Positions 23,401-33,800 of a stretch of 64,000 bases of DNA are shown piece after piece. The position numbers were made by a program, and so were the translations under genes. Position 1 is the stretch's first letter. Each line of letters starts with the position of its first letter. The stretch comes from Phoronis australis (lineage: Eukaryota > Animalia > Phoronida). Below the pieces are notes generated by a model. That model was given only the letters and a program-made list of their open reading frames with translations. It did no database searches and was not told where the DNA came from. The stretch spans positions 1 through 64,000 of the forward strand of contig NMRA01000220.1 in the NCBI GenBank assembly GCA_002633005.1. The letters run 5' to 3'.

Positions 23401-24286
23401 CTGTGAGTGCTCACTGTGCGATCCAGTATGGCGACTCTAAAGCAGATTGTGTTGAACGTCTTAGCCGATGAGCTTAACACTAACAGTCCTTCCTATGGCG
23501 TACTGAGCGATGACTATGATTAATCTTTGCCAATATTAATATCGGCAGCCCAATACAACAACCGTGAAGGCCTTGGAACGACAAGAATCGAAAATTACGT
23601 CGAGGACACTGTTCCTCGCTACAGCGACCCGCAATTTAAGTCGCACTTTCGGATGAGTTGGTCAACTTTTGAGGTTAGTTTTCGTGTTGCAGAACTATAA
23701 TGGGTTCATCTGTTTCCGACGTGAAGCCTTCGCAGGACGCCATCTTGGAAATCTAAGCGAAGATGCTCTCGAGGTTGTTTGCGAATGCTCGCGAGCGCTA
23801 ACGTTAACACAGCTGTTCAGGATGAGGGCGCTCAAATCGCTCGCGGGCGCTCACTCTATTGAACACGCTTCAGGGCTCCTTTGGTGCTGCTTCCCGTACT
23901 GATAAATTTTTCAATGTTAAGCGCGAGAATCGATATATGGTGTTCTATTCAGCCCCTATTGAGTACACCTGCTAGCGACCTTTTGTTCTGTGTTCTGGTG
24001 GCAAATTCAGGGTTGGCCAACCCCAGTAAACTGAAACGTTTTCTTCAGGTGCTGGCGGTCTCGATGTTACCCTGTCATTGAATAGTACAATACCGATTTT
24101 ATGAGTAAAATGACGGATTCAGTTTTGAAATTCATTTCTTAGCCAGCTAAACAGGGCCTTTAGCTCAAACTGCATATTTAGTCTATACCTCTGATCTTTT
24201 ATGAAGTTTGTTATTTTCTGTTCTAGGTCTTGAGGGCATTAAAACTCCTACAGATTTCCAAATCTGGCAGTGTGAAGCTCAGTTGA
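14456..24286 (+). CDS. SKA2: Spindle and kinetochore-associated protein 2 (SKA2) with an extended C-terminal Ska1-like domain, 9 exons, ~252 aa
   Basis: Exons: 14456-14488, 17195-17275, 18235-18330, 19079-19159, 19800-19947, 21208-21350, 22462-22502, 23025-23100, 24227-24286. All GT-AG and phase-consistent; total 759 nt. N-terminus [30 protein letters not shown]...LNPNKMLQKLGDIKKEY compares with human [29 protein letters not shown]...NPVTLLKELSVIKSRY. The exon 5 donor is the least certain. Confidence 0.9.
14798..14963. mobile_element. Short copy of the hAT-like element at 8452-9526, opposite orientation
   Basis: Ends CAGGGCTT...TTGGTCATTCCAAGTGCTG. Internal GATTTCCTCTTATTT matches the reverse complement of 9470-9484. 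Flanks are AATAA / ACTAA. Confidence 0.6.
15005..15450 (-). repeat. Inverted copy of the 12270-12815 repeat, in SKA2 intron 1
   Basis: Collinear reverse-complement similarity read by eye. Confidence 0.65.
15863..16280. mobile_element. Second, rearranged copy of the foldback element
   Basis: GGAGCTCC...CTTCATACGCTGGAAG...GGACACCTTAGGAG...TTAATTCCTTCCAACTCGAACA matches 13577-13850. It ends TATGAAGGGCCTATTGGAGCTTC. Confidence 0.7.
17365..17545. repeat. Old palindromic repeat family; related pieces at ~28195-28290, ~35470-35575 and ~51605-51665
   Basis: Shared GGTCTCAAG(C/G)AAT...GAACTGTCAG...GAAAT(C/G)A...GAGACCAATT blocks. Confidence 0.5.
22047..22168. repeat. ~120-bp imperfect palindrome (MITE-like) in SKA2 intron 6
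   Basis: CATTTTGAGAACCGGT pairs with ACTGGTTCTCAAAATG. The outer arms TGGGCAAT and ATTACCCA also pair. Confidence 0.55.
23333..23870 (+). mobile_element. Harbinger deletion derivative carrying the 5' end of a HARBI1-like transposase
   Basis: TIR AAGCGTGTTCAA(C/T)AGAGTGAGCGCC, with CAG on both sides (CWG-type TSD). The frame from ATG 23428 has one stop and then reads RIENYVEDTVPRYSDPQFKSHFRMSWSTFE, the typical Harbinger F..hFRM.r.tF motif. Confidence 0.8.
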
Positions 24287-25449
24287 GAAGCCTTCAAAGA
24301 TCGAAGGAAGAAAAGATCAGAAACCAGTTGCGCAGGTTTGACAGAGGGACTCGGTGTTGTTGCAAAATATTTGCTGGGGAGTTCAAGTAATACCCTTAGA
24401 TCGTGTCTTTTGAAAGGTTTTGCAGTTTCTAGAGAAGACTGTTTTACAGTTTCGTGCGAAGCAAAATGCATAACCTGCCCACAAGATTGCTTAGATTTAT
24501 GGTTTGTTGTATATATTGAATACTATTGTACAGATGTGTAAATAATATTTTGTATTGTACCATACTGCAAACAAGTTACTCGATCTGTTGAAAGAACTAG
24601 GTATTTTTCAAACTAGGCTACCCACATTAATAACCATCAAAAATCCAGATGTGGGAGGTCCATGGTCTGTTTTTGGCTTCAGAATTACTCAATCTCACAT
24701 TCTAGATGTCTAGAAATATTACATAATGGAAGTTGGAGCATGCTAATACCCAAAAATGAGCATTTATTTTCAACAAAAGCTTACCCGAATATACTTTTCA
24801 GTTTCTAGTAAGCCAGAAAATGCCAGTTTGCTACCGTGTACTGGAATGCCTCACTTTCAGAAATTCCTGCCATGACTGTGTGTGTTTTTGGTGACTGTAA
24901 ACCAAATTAGTTATTTTTACGTTGCTCAGGTGTTAAATTCATTAGGATCATGTGTTGAAGGAGCACAAACTGAAAGGGTGGGTTTTAGGTTACCTGGTGC
25001 ACTGCCTGAGGCACCTACTAGGAATTTCTGAAAATTGGTCCACCTAGAGGTATGCCCATGGATGTATTTTTGGATAATTTTCCACAAGTACTCCTTCGGT
25101 GTATTTTCGGTTACTGCGTGCAATTTTTGACAATCTGACACATTGTTCTGAAATAGGTATGTAACATTTTTAGAGTATTTTTTGTTGATTTTGACAAGAC
25201 ATTATATTTTGGGGTCATTTAACGAGATATTGCACGTGGCTGATGCACTGTACTCAGCCCACCCAATGCCATACGTTTCCACTTTGTTCGGAACTATCTG
25301 CCTCATCCAGATCATCTGGCAGATGTCTTGTCAAAAGTCACTCAAACTTTATTATATTGGCTCGGTTGGAGCTTCAGATCACCGAGCTCTCCTGCTCCCA
25401 TCCGTTCCATCATGGTTCTGTAGCTCATAAGTTGATTCTACTCCAGATA

Positions 25450-26668
25450 AGTATCACTTGTGACTAGTAAATGTCTGGTCAGAGTAGCTTGATGGCATGT
25501 CGCTCAGGTTTCTGATATCACCTCCGGGACATCCTCCCTTCCAACTTCTGCTAAGGAGGACAGGAAGTCCGCTTCCACAGTATGCACATCTCCCGGTGTC
25601 TTGCCCATGTCACATAAAAGCAAGACAGCTTTCTAGGCCGTCGAAAGAGACTCGGCAGTCTCGCCAGCTGTCCTTTGCCCTTGTCATGCACTCCTTTAAG
25701 AAAACAAAAAATCACATCGATCAGACGGTTATGATATCATTTACAAAAAACCTGCGATAAACATTGTCAAAAACGGGGGTGAATACTCTGCCAGATCCCC
25801 AAGAATCATAAGAGTCAAGCAGACCATTGTAGGAGCTAAATAACATTCTTCTATTATTATAGAGGTCTCGAATTACAGAATCTTAAAAGCAATTCCTAAT
25901 ACCACAAGTAACAATTTTTATCTAATTGTAACATCACATTTATATAATTCTTACCGTAATAGCATTTTGCAGAATGAATGCATAAAGCATATAAGCAAAA
26001 CGTTTTATGCGAATCCCAGCTGCCCTTTTCCAAGATGTTTCAATGTCTGATAAGTGTGGGCAAGTACCACTTGTGGCCAGTAAATGTCTGGGATAGCTTG
26101 ATGGCGTGTCGCTCAGGCTTCCGAATCAAATCACTTTCGAAACTTCCTTTCTTCCAATTTCTTCTGCCAGGGAGGCCAGGAAGTCCGCCACCTGAGTATG
26201 CACATCTTCCGCGGTCTTGCCCATGTCACGTAAAAGTAAGACAGCATTCCAGGCTGTAGAAGTAGACCAAGCAGTCTCGCCAGCTATTCTTTGCCTTTGT
26301 CATTTACTCATACAAGAAATCAAATAATGATATCTATCAGATAGTTATATCATTTATAAAAAGCCTGCAATAACCATTGTCAAAAATGGGAGTGAATTCT
26401 TTGCCAGATCACCAAGAATCATGCAAGTCAAGCAGACCACCCTAGGAGCTAAATAACATTCTTCTATTATAGAGATTTTAATTACAGAATCTTAAAAACA
26501 ATTCCTAATAGCACAAATAACATTTTAATCTAATTATAACATGATCACTTTCATGTATTTCTTCATAGCATTTTGCAGAATGAATGCATAAACCATATAA
26601 ATGTAACGTTTCATGTGAATCCCAGCTGCCCTTTTCCAAGATGTTTCAATGTCAGACAAGTGTGAGCA
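25450..26668. repeat. Diverged tandem duplication, period ~610 bp
   Basis: CACTTGTG..AGTAAATGTCTGG at ~25455 and ~26068. GGAGCTAAATAACATTCTTCTATTAT and GAATCCCAGCTGCCCTTTTCCAAGATGTTTCAATGTC each occur twice. Confidence 0.85.
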
Positions 26669-27900
26669 TTTTTTAAGTTCTAAATATACTTCAAAACAAA
26701 TGTCACAGGGTCTTCTCATGAACAAGTGCAAGTTTTGAACTTATTGGACTCAACATGCACATACTCTTCAGTCAGTAGATTTCTTTCTGTGAAGCTGTTA
26801 TAAGACAAAAATTCGTCCTTCACCAGGTGTTTTGCTTCGTGCGAAAGTGTATACCCCCTGTCTTCGACGTGTTTCACCCTGACTGCTGCGAGCACCCATC
26901 ACAACTGATGGGATGCCTCATGCACATCAGGCGCTCTCTCGGGCTCGAAGAATTTGGGCTTTGGAGCCAGCAGTCAGGATGTGGCTTCAAATCCTGTCAT
27001 TGGATGTGGCCTCACTTTTCTTGTCGTCAAGCCCTGACATCAGAACCCTTGGCTGTACCATCCCAGTTGTAATTTACAAAGTGCTCCTGTGTGAATGTTC
27101 TCATGGCACAAGATCTTAATCTCTGGCAATGCCAATGATTTCAAGGTTCATGGTATGAGAATCATGGCCATCCAAGCTCAGCAATACTGGATTCCTAATG
27201 CCCTGTTACAGTTACCTGATTGAAGTGCTTCTAAGAGTTTACGATTAGTGCGAGCTCCATCCAACCATTCCTGTCGCGTGTGCATGTGATATGTAAATGA
27301 TGACAAATACTGTAATACCTTTACATGTAGAATACATTTTGTTACATTTTCATGCAAGGATTGCATTAGTGGGAACCCTGATATTCCTTTTTGAAAAAGC
27401 ATTGAGGTACATCTCCCACTTACGTATTCTTTACTACATCAACTTCGTTTTGTCTGTTGAGTGGATTTTGTAGCACTACTCTCTTCATTTGAAGACCATG
27501 TCCACCAATCTTACTGGAATGGTAGAAGCCGGACCATTTTCTGTGGACTGAGTCTCCTGTATCAGATTTCGAAGTTGTTTACCCTAAAGCCATGTCTTTG
27601 TAGGATTTTGTGTAGTAAGTCATATTCTATAATATATTGTGGTTTTTGTGCACGACTTCTCCAGTGCAGAACAAATTCGAATTGTATTTGACTTTTTGCA
27701 CGAAAAGTCATATCGGAAGACCTGTATACACCCTCTGGTGTCGCATAGGACAGTCGTTACAACTAACAAACCTTTTTCAATCTGTCTTGTGAATGATACG
27801 CAGTTCTGTTTTGACGATTATGAACCGACTTTGGAAATAAGTGTCATTTTCATTTTGGTAGGAGTCTCGTAGTAATGGATGTTCTACTTGACTGTTAAAA
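26600..27900 (-). pseudogene. Degenerate pogo/Tigger-type (DDE_1) transposase remnant
   Basis: The minus strand gives NGWM (~27258-27269) and, after a frameshift, NPVLLSLDGHDSHTMNLEIIGIARD (~27120-27193). This fits the pogo vLLilDgH.SH motif. A PHD-like CDIC remnant lies near 26700. Many stops; boundaries approximate. Confidence 0.6.
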
Positions 27901-29014
27901 TATTCTGATTTGGTTTACAGTCTTTGTACACTTTGTCAAGTGTTTTACTTGAGGTACGCAATGTGTGTTGAAACCTGGCTTAGATGTGAAAGATTAGTCC
28001 GGGGATCCTAAGAATGTACTCCTGCTGTCCCTGTCTGGGATACATGAACGTTTTGTGCGGCTATAAGCCAATGTTGCATCCAGGAACCTAACTTTTGATT
28101 TAGACCGCTATAAAATTGGTCTCAACTTAGGCTTAATGGGATGAGAAGTGATTTCTGGTATTAAAATGGCGCACGGTGACAAAGCTGTCTCGTAGAGCCT
28201 GATCTCAAGCAATGATGAACTTTGAGATTTTTCAAAGCCCTGAAATCATCTCCAGTTTGTTTAAAGATCAATTTGAGACCAATTTTATAATTGTATGTGC
28301 TCTAAATTAAAAGTTGTGTTTTGTGAAGGACTGACACATAGATCATGTTTTTGTAACACCATATTCAATGTTTCAAAGTACTATTCTCATGGCACAAAAG
28401 CTTCAGTATGTAGTATCCATTTTGCAACATCGGTTTCAAAAATGTATGTCGTATGTATGGTTTTAATATGTACGGCATATTGTGCCCTGTTTATCGTATA
28501 AATGTATGGATGCATGTTGAATATCTGATTATTAGAGAAAGTGAATTCAGGAAAATGCCAATTGAGTGGACTGCTCTGGTCATTTTGGCGTGTATAACTT
28601 AGATGACAAACCTGTGACTAGTATTTACGCTGTCCAGCCTTTGATTTCTGAGGTCTCAACATAGTGTTATGTTCTGTTAGAGAATTATTTGTGACAATGC
28701 AGTATTTGTTGAGTATAACTATTCCACTCATTTGAAAACCTAGGGTAATTCCCACTTGCACGACTCAAATGTCTGCCTGTGTCTAACTGGACAGGATATT
28801 CAATGCATAACAAACCTGTATATTGGTAGTCCAGGGGTGTGTTCTGTAGATGAGAGAGCCTTGCGATAAGGCAACACTCTGAGAAATATCGCTATACTTT
28901 GCGAGCGAAGCACGTTATTCATGTAAGCTTCCTTCGAGAGACTTTGCCTCTCCAAAACTTAGCCTGTATATGTGTTAGCAAGCTCAGTTTCAAGTGAGTC
29001 TCACAAGTATCGTA

Positions 29015-30367
29015 GGCCAAGTGTGACATAAGTCCGATTTATTACTGAAATAATTTGCAATCTATCCCAGAAATAAGTCTTTAGCCAATAAGAAGCAAGG
29101 AATAATTACTGTAATAAATGTTTATTACAGTAATTAATGTTTATTCGAGTAAAAATTATTTATTACTAGAATAAATCAATCAGTAGCCATGAATAATTAC
29201 TGTAAGAAATATTTATTATAGTAATAACCATTTATTACAATAATAAATATTAATTACTGTAATAAATCAACCAATGAGATGTCGGGGGTAATTTCAGTAA
29301 TAAATATTTATTACTGAAATTTAGTCATAGACAACCAGTCAGTAAAGTACTAATTCAACCAATAAGAAAAGTCGACAGGTGTACTTTCATGAAGAATTTG
29401 TGCAAAATTTTAAGGAGGTGTAAATGAGTGTGTCAGAGGTTTATTGATGACTGTGTTAAGGAAAGCACTAGCAGAGTGATGAGTTGGCTGGAAATGCAAA
29501 ACTTCATTTTTTCCACAAACACTTTGAGGCCATTGGCATTCGGATTATTCTAGAGACAACAATTAAATGTGTTGGTGATTCATTTATTAGATAATGTAAG
29601 GGTTTTTTGTAAATGTCAAAGATGAGATTCATTTGCAATTGAAACATACAAAAACTCGATTTATTAATATTTAACTGTCTTATTCCCCGAACTCAGGTGC
29701 AGCAAGTTTAAGTTACCGGTAGTTTTTACATTGAATGATAATTTAGCTTGGACTATATTTACTATAATTCTTTTAGCAATGCATGTAAGTTGTTCATACA
29801 CATACCAGGAAAACCTTTGAATGAACTACAAACCTTTTTTTTAGCTTGAAGAGTGACAAAACTGGTGATGGAAATGCTAAATCAACGTTGTTGTCCTTTG
29901 CTACCTTGAGAATAAAGAGTACGTGCACAAGGACAGGGTTGACACTTGCGTGTTCCTCAATACCAGTAGCTGCACCAAACAGGAAATCCTTTCACGATAT
30001 TGGCTTTACATAAATGACTTGAATGTAATGTCATTTCTCCTTGGTCTTGGTCACATGTGAATGAAAGAGTGTTATGAATTATGTTTATATCTATACCTGC
30101 CTCTGGCCAACTCTTTTTTATGCCTTTTTGTAGATCCCGTTGTTTATTTTTTACTGCACCTTATGCTATGAGAATTTTAAAATGGGAGTACCTTATGCCA
30201 CGTGAATGTAATTATTCCTGGCTTCTGATTGGTTGATTTATTCCATTAATAAATATTTATTACTGGAATACAGTAATTATTCTTGGTTTCTGATTGGGTA
30301 GAGAATTATTACTGGAATAAATTGCGAGTTATTACAGCAATAAATCGGACTTATGTCGCACTTGGCC
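29015..30367. mobile_element. TIR element with AT-rich subterminal repeats
   Basis: GGCCAAGTGTGACATAAGTCCGATTTATT pairs with AATAAATCGGACTTATGTCGCACTTGGCC. TAATTACTGTAATAAAT-like units repeat at both ends. No clear TSD. Confidence 0.65.
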
Positions 30368-30859
30368 AGCAATACACGAGATCATATGCTTGTGCGCGAG
30401 ATATCACCATAAGCTACTAGCGAATTACACACTATCGTGGTCTCTTACACTCGCTAGTATTTTGGGCTAGGGTCTGCTACACTTGCTACTCAATCATGTC
30501 TCTACACGTTTGTGTTTGTGTTTGTCTATAATTATGGTGCTAATCTTTCGTAGTTCGGGTTGCTCTGTAGAGGTTGTTGATTGCAAAAACATTATTTTTC
30601 GAACTAATAAAAATAAGTTAAATGTCATCTTAATTTGTCTCTATTCCACACCAGTGAATCAAATTGAAACATTGCATACTTTGACAAACTATTCATAAAC
30701 GGTATTTTTGTTTCCACGGTTTCAAATAAACTTCCAGTTCCCTTGTTCAAAACTTTATTAAGTCGTAGCATGGTTTTTTGTACATCAAGTTGGAAAGCAG
30801 TCATCAAATTATGGTCTGGTTAGTTAATATGAAAGGGAACCGTTGGTCTGTCGATTTCG

Positions 30860-33800
30860 TCAGTCCTCAAAGCCGATGATGAGGTCAGAGGTGAACTTGA
30901 AGTCGAGCCTACGGTGGTAGATCATTGGTCGATACTCGTCTTCGATGTCTGTCAACTCTGTAAACTGGGTATCGGTTAGCCCAGTTAGAATAGCGTGGAA
31001 CCTGTGTAAATCTGAAAAAAATCAGGCATGCATTTTTCAACTGCCATCACAGCGCCGCTTCGTTTGGGCAAACCACGGCAGAGCTAACCGAAGCGTATTA
31101 GGCATGTGAACGAGGTTTACACTCTAGCAAACGCGACTTCCGCTTCTGGAAAAGCAGAACATCTTTTACGAAAGAGTTGTCACAGAGACAGTTTGTAAAG
31201 GTCTAAGCAATAGCAGCCGTGTAGGAAATAGAAAACGGGCAATGTCATCAATTCTTTTTGGCCCTCGTTGAACAATTGTGAAACGATATCTTAACAGCTA
31301 TGAACCATGTTTTGATAAAAAAACAACATTCGTCACGGGTATTTGCACTTCGAAGACAACGCCATGGCGTAATTTTCCATTCTTTGGATTGACATTTGTT
31401 CCAGTAACACGCCAGAGATAACCGTTACTGCCTTGCTGCTTATGCGGCAGAAGTTAACCTACAAGCAACTCAACTAGCCCCTAGGGCCGGTTCCAAGAGT
31501 TGTCTCTACGCATCTGGTAAGTTAGTCAGAATTAAGAGAAAACCTTAGTCAAAAGCTTAAATCAACCTTAACAACTCGTTTTTGAAACGAACTTGAGGCA
31601 AATCTGAGTTTTAGTTAAGATTTGTCCTCGCTAAGTCATTTTTCTTGGAACGCCCTTACAAAAATGAACTTAAGTTTTCATCGAAAAACTTAAGTTTTTG
31701 GTCTGAAAAACTTAAGTTTTTGGCGAAAACTTAAGTATTTTGGAACAAGTTTTTTGGAACGAACGCGGTCCCCTGTAACATACGAACGGGCCTCTGTGAC
31801 ATAACGAACGGGCATTTCTTACCAAGTCTATTAATCGTTTCTAATCTTAGCATAAATTCAAAAGACGAGGCCAATTTTATAACGGCAAGTGACATGAGTC
31901 AAATGTTGTTTGAGACGGAACGTTGCACCTTTAAGTCTCAGAATCGTAACAAGGTTTCATCAAAGGCACGTCTAAGGAGAACCACTGCCTAATTGCACGC
32001 AAATATTAAATTTTGTTAATCCATTTAATTGAGACTCCGAGAATGTCATGATCAAGTTAATATAGAATGGAATCTGTTTTTTCCTGAAGTTTAAAGAGAA
32101 CTTTTCCATACTTATTTTTTCGTCCAGTTGCAGCTGACATATCTCCTCCACCGTATCCACGTTCAGGGCTGCGTTTACATCAAGCTTTTCTAAGGCCTTG
32201 CACTTCACAACGAGCACCTTCAGCGCCTCGTCGTACTCCTCGGGACTGGTGTCAATTTCCAGGGACAATTTCTCTTGAAGAAAATTATTCGCTGTGACAA
32301 TGACCAGACATATTTGTCAAAAAAACATTGTATTTTTTTGCTTCTGGTTGTAACTTGAAAGTCTCTTTTCTATATGAGCACAACTGGTGCACTCATGAGA
32401 TGTAGATTTTATGAAGTGAATGTGTCCTGCATGGCTATGAATGTTCTAATAGGTACAAACATTTCATGGTTAGTAGCGCCATAATGTTCCATGCAACGTT
32501 TAAAAGACAACGAAACTGGCACATATTCAAAGGTTACCCTGAAGACAATTACTAGTCAAAAAGTCCGAGAAAATGACCCTAGTGATCTCGAGAACAATCG
32601 GTTATCCAACAAAATAGGAAAGTTGTTTGAAAAAAACTACTGTGAACTATCACTATATTTCACGTTTTGAAAAGCTTGAAATCTGAGTGTTCGATTGAAA
32701 AGGGCGTCTTGTTTACACTTAAAACCCCCAGTTGATAAGTCTTTCCAGTTGAAGGCAGCCAAATGTCAGTTTATACAATCAATGTTCCAGTAACTTAAAG
32801 GCAATGTTTTGACTGCCACTGGCTAATGAGACAATCATTTTATGAACTTATTATGGAAGATTTGACTGTCACTAATTGGAGAGACTATGAATTAAGGTCG
32901 TTACAGTGTTTAAAACCACCATTTACCTTATTCTGACAAGTGGTTACATTGTCAGCATCATTAAACTTTCTTTTATATAACATTACATGTCGCAATCATG
33001 AAAGCAATGTCCCCAAAACGACAAAATTGAATTAAAGCGACGTCAAATGGAAGTTTCTTAGCTCCACGGACATAAGTGTTACGCATGAACGTACTCAGCG
33101 CCAATTTGTCATGTCTACCAACACGCGAGTTTCTTGTAAAAACTTGTGCCATGTCCCCGCTTCTCCGAAGTCCGCAGGAAAAAGGTCAAATGCTAAGTTG
33201 TTACAACTACTGGGAATGCAACGCCTTGCCATTCCTTATCATACCAAAAACGGCGAGAAAACGAGCAATATCTGGTGACTTTCCACACTAAACAAAATGG
33301 AGGGTGACCGGTGCTGCGATTGATTATCCCGATTTTACGTTGTATGTTTCGACCAATAAATGTTCCTAATTCGAGACCAGCTAATGAAGATATCGTCAGA
33401 TAATGTTTGAGGGTGTTCTAATGTGACAGCTGATCGACTGGTGAAGTTGTTTTTTTATATTTTTTGTTGGTGTTTTTGGTACGAATTTGGTGATTTTAAG
33501 CACTTTAAGTGTTAATAGAATGTCCCTTTGAAAGGCAAGTGTTATTGAAACGCCGAGTGACTTCTAACTAATGGATTTGTCAAAGGTTATTTGAAAACTG
33601 TCCCGGCAAAGAAAACCAGACTCTGTAAACATGCGCAAAGTAACCTTACTCATTTTGGAGTGAAAATTGTTCGTGATATATTGCAGGACGTCAACGACCT
33701 TCCACGTTTCCTCTTCGGTGTAGTAACCTGTCCAAATATGCAAAGAACGTAAGGGAATCTGTGGTACCAGAGCTCTAGTGATTTCTTCATAACCATTAAC

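Noticed and set aside
29090-29330. CRISPR-like spaced repeats
   Set aside because: Degenerate AT-rich subterminal repeats of a TIR element in eukaryotic DNA, with no unique spacers or cas genes.
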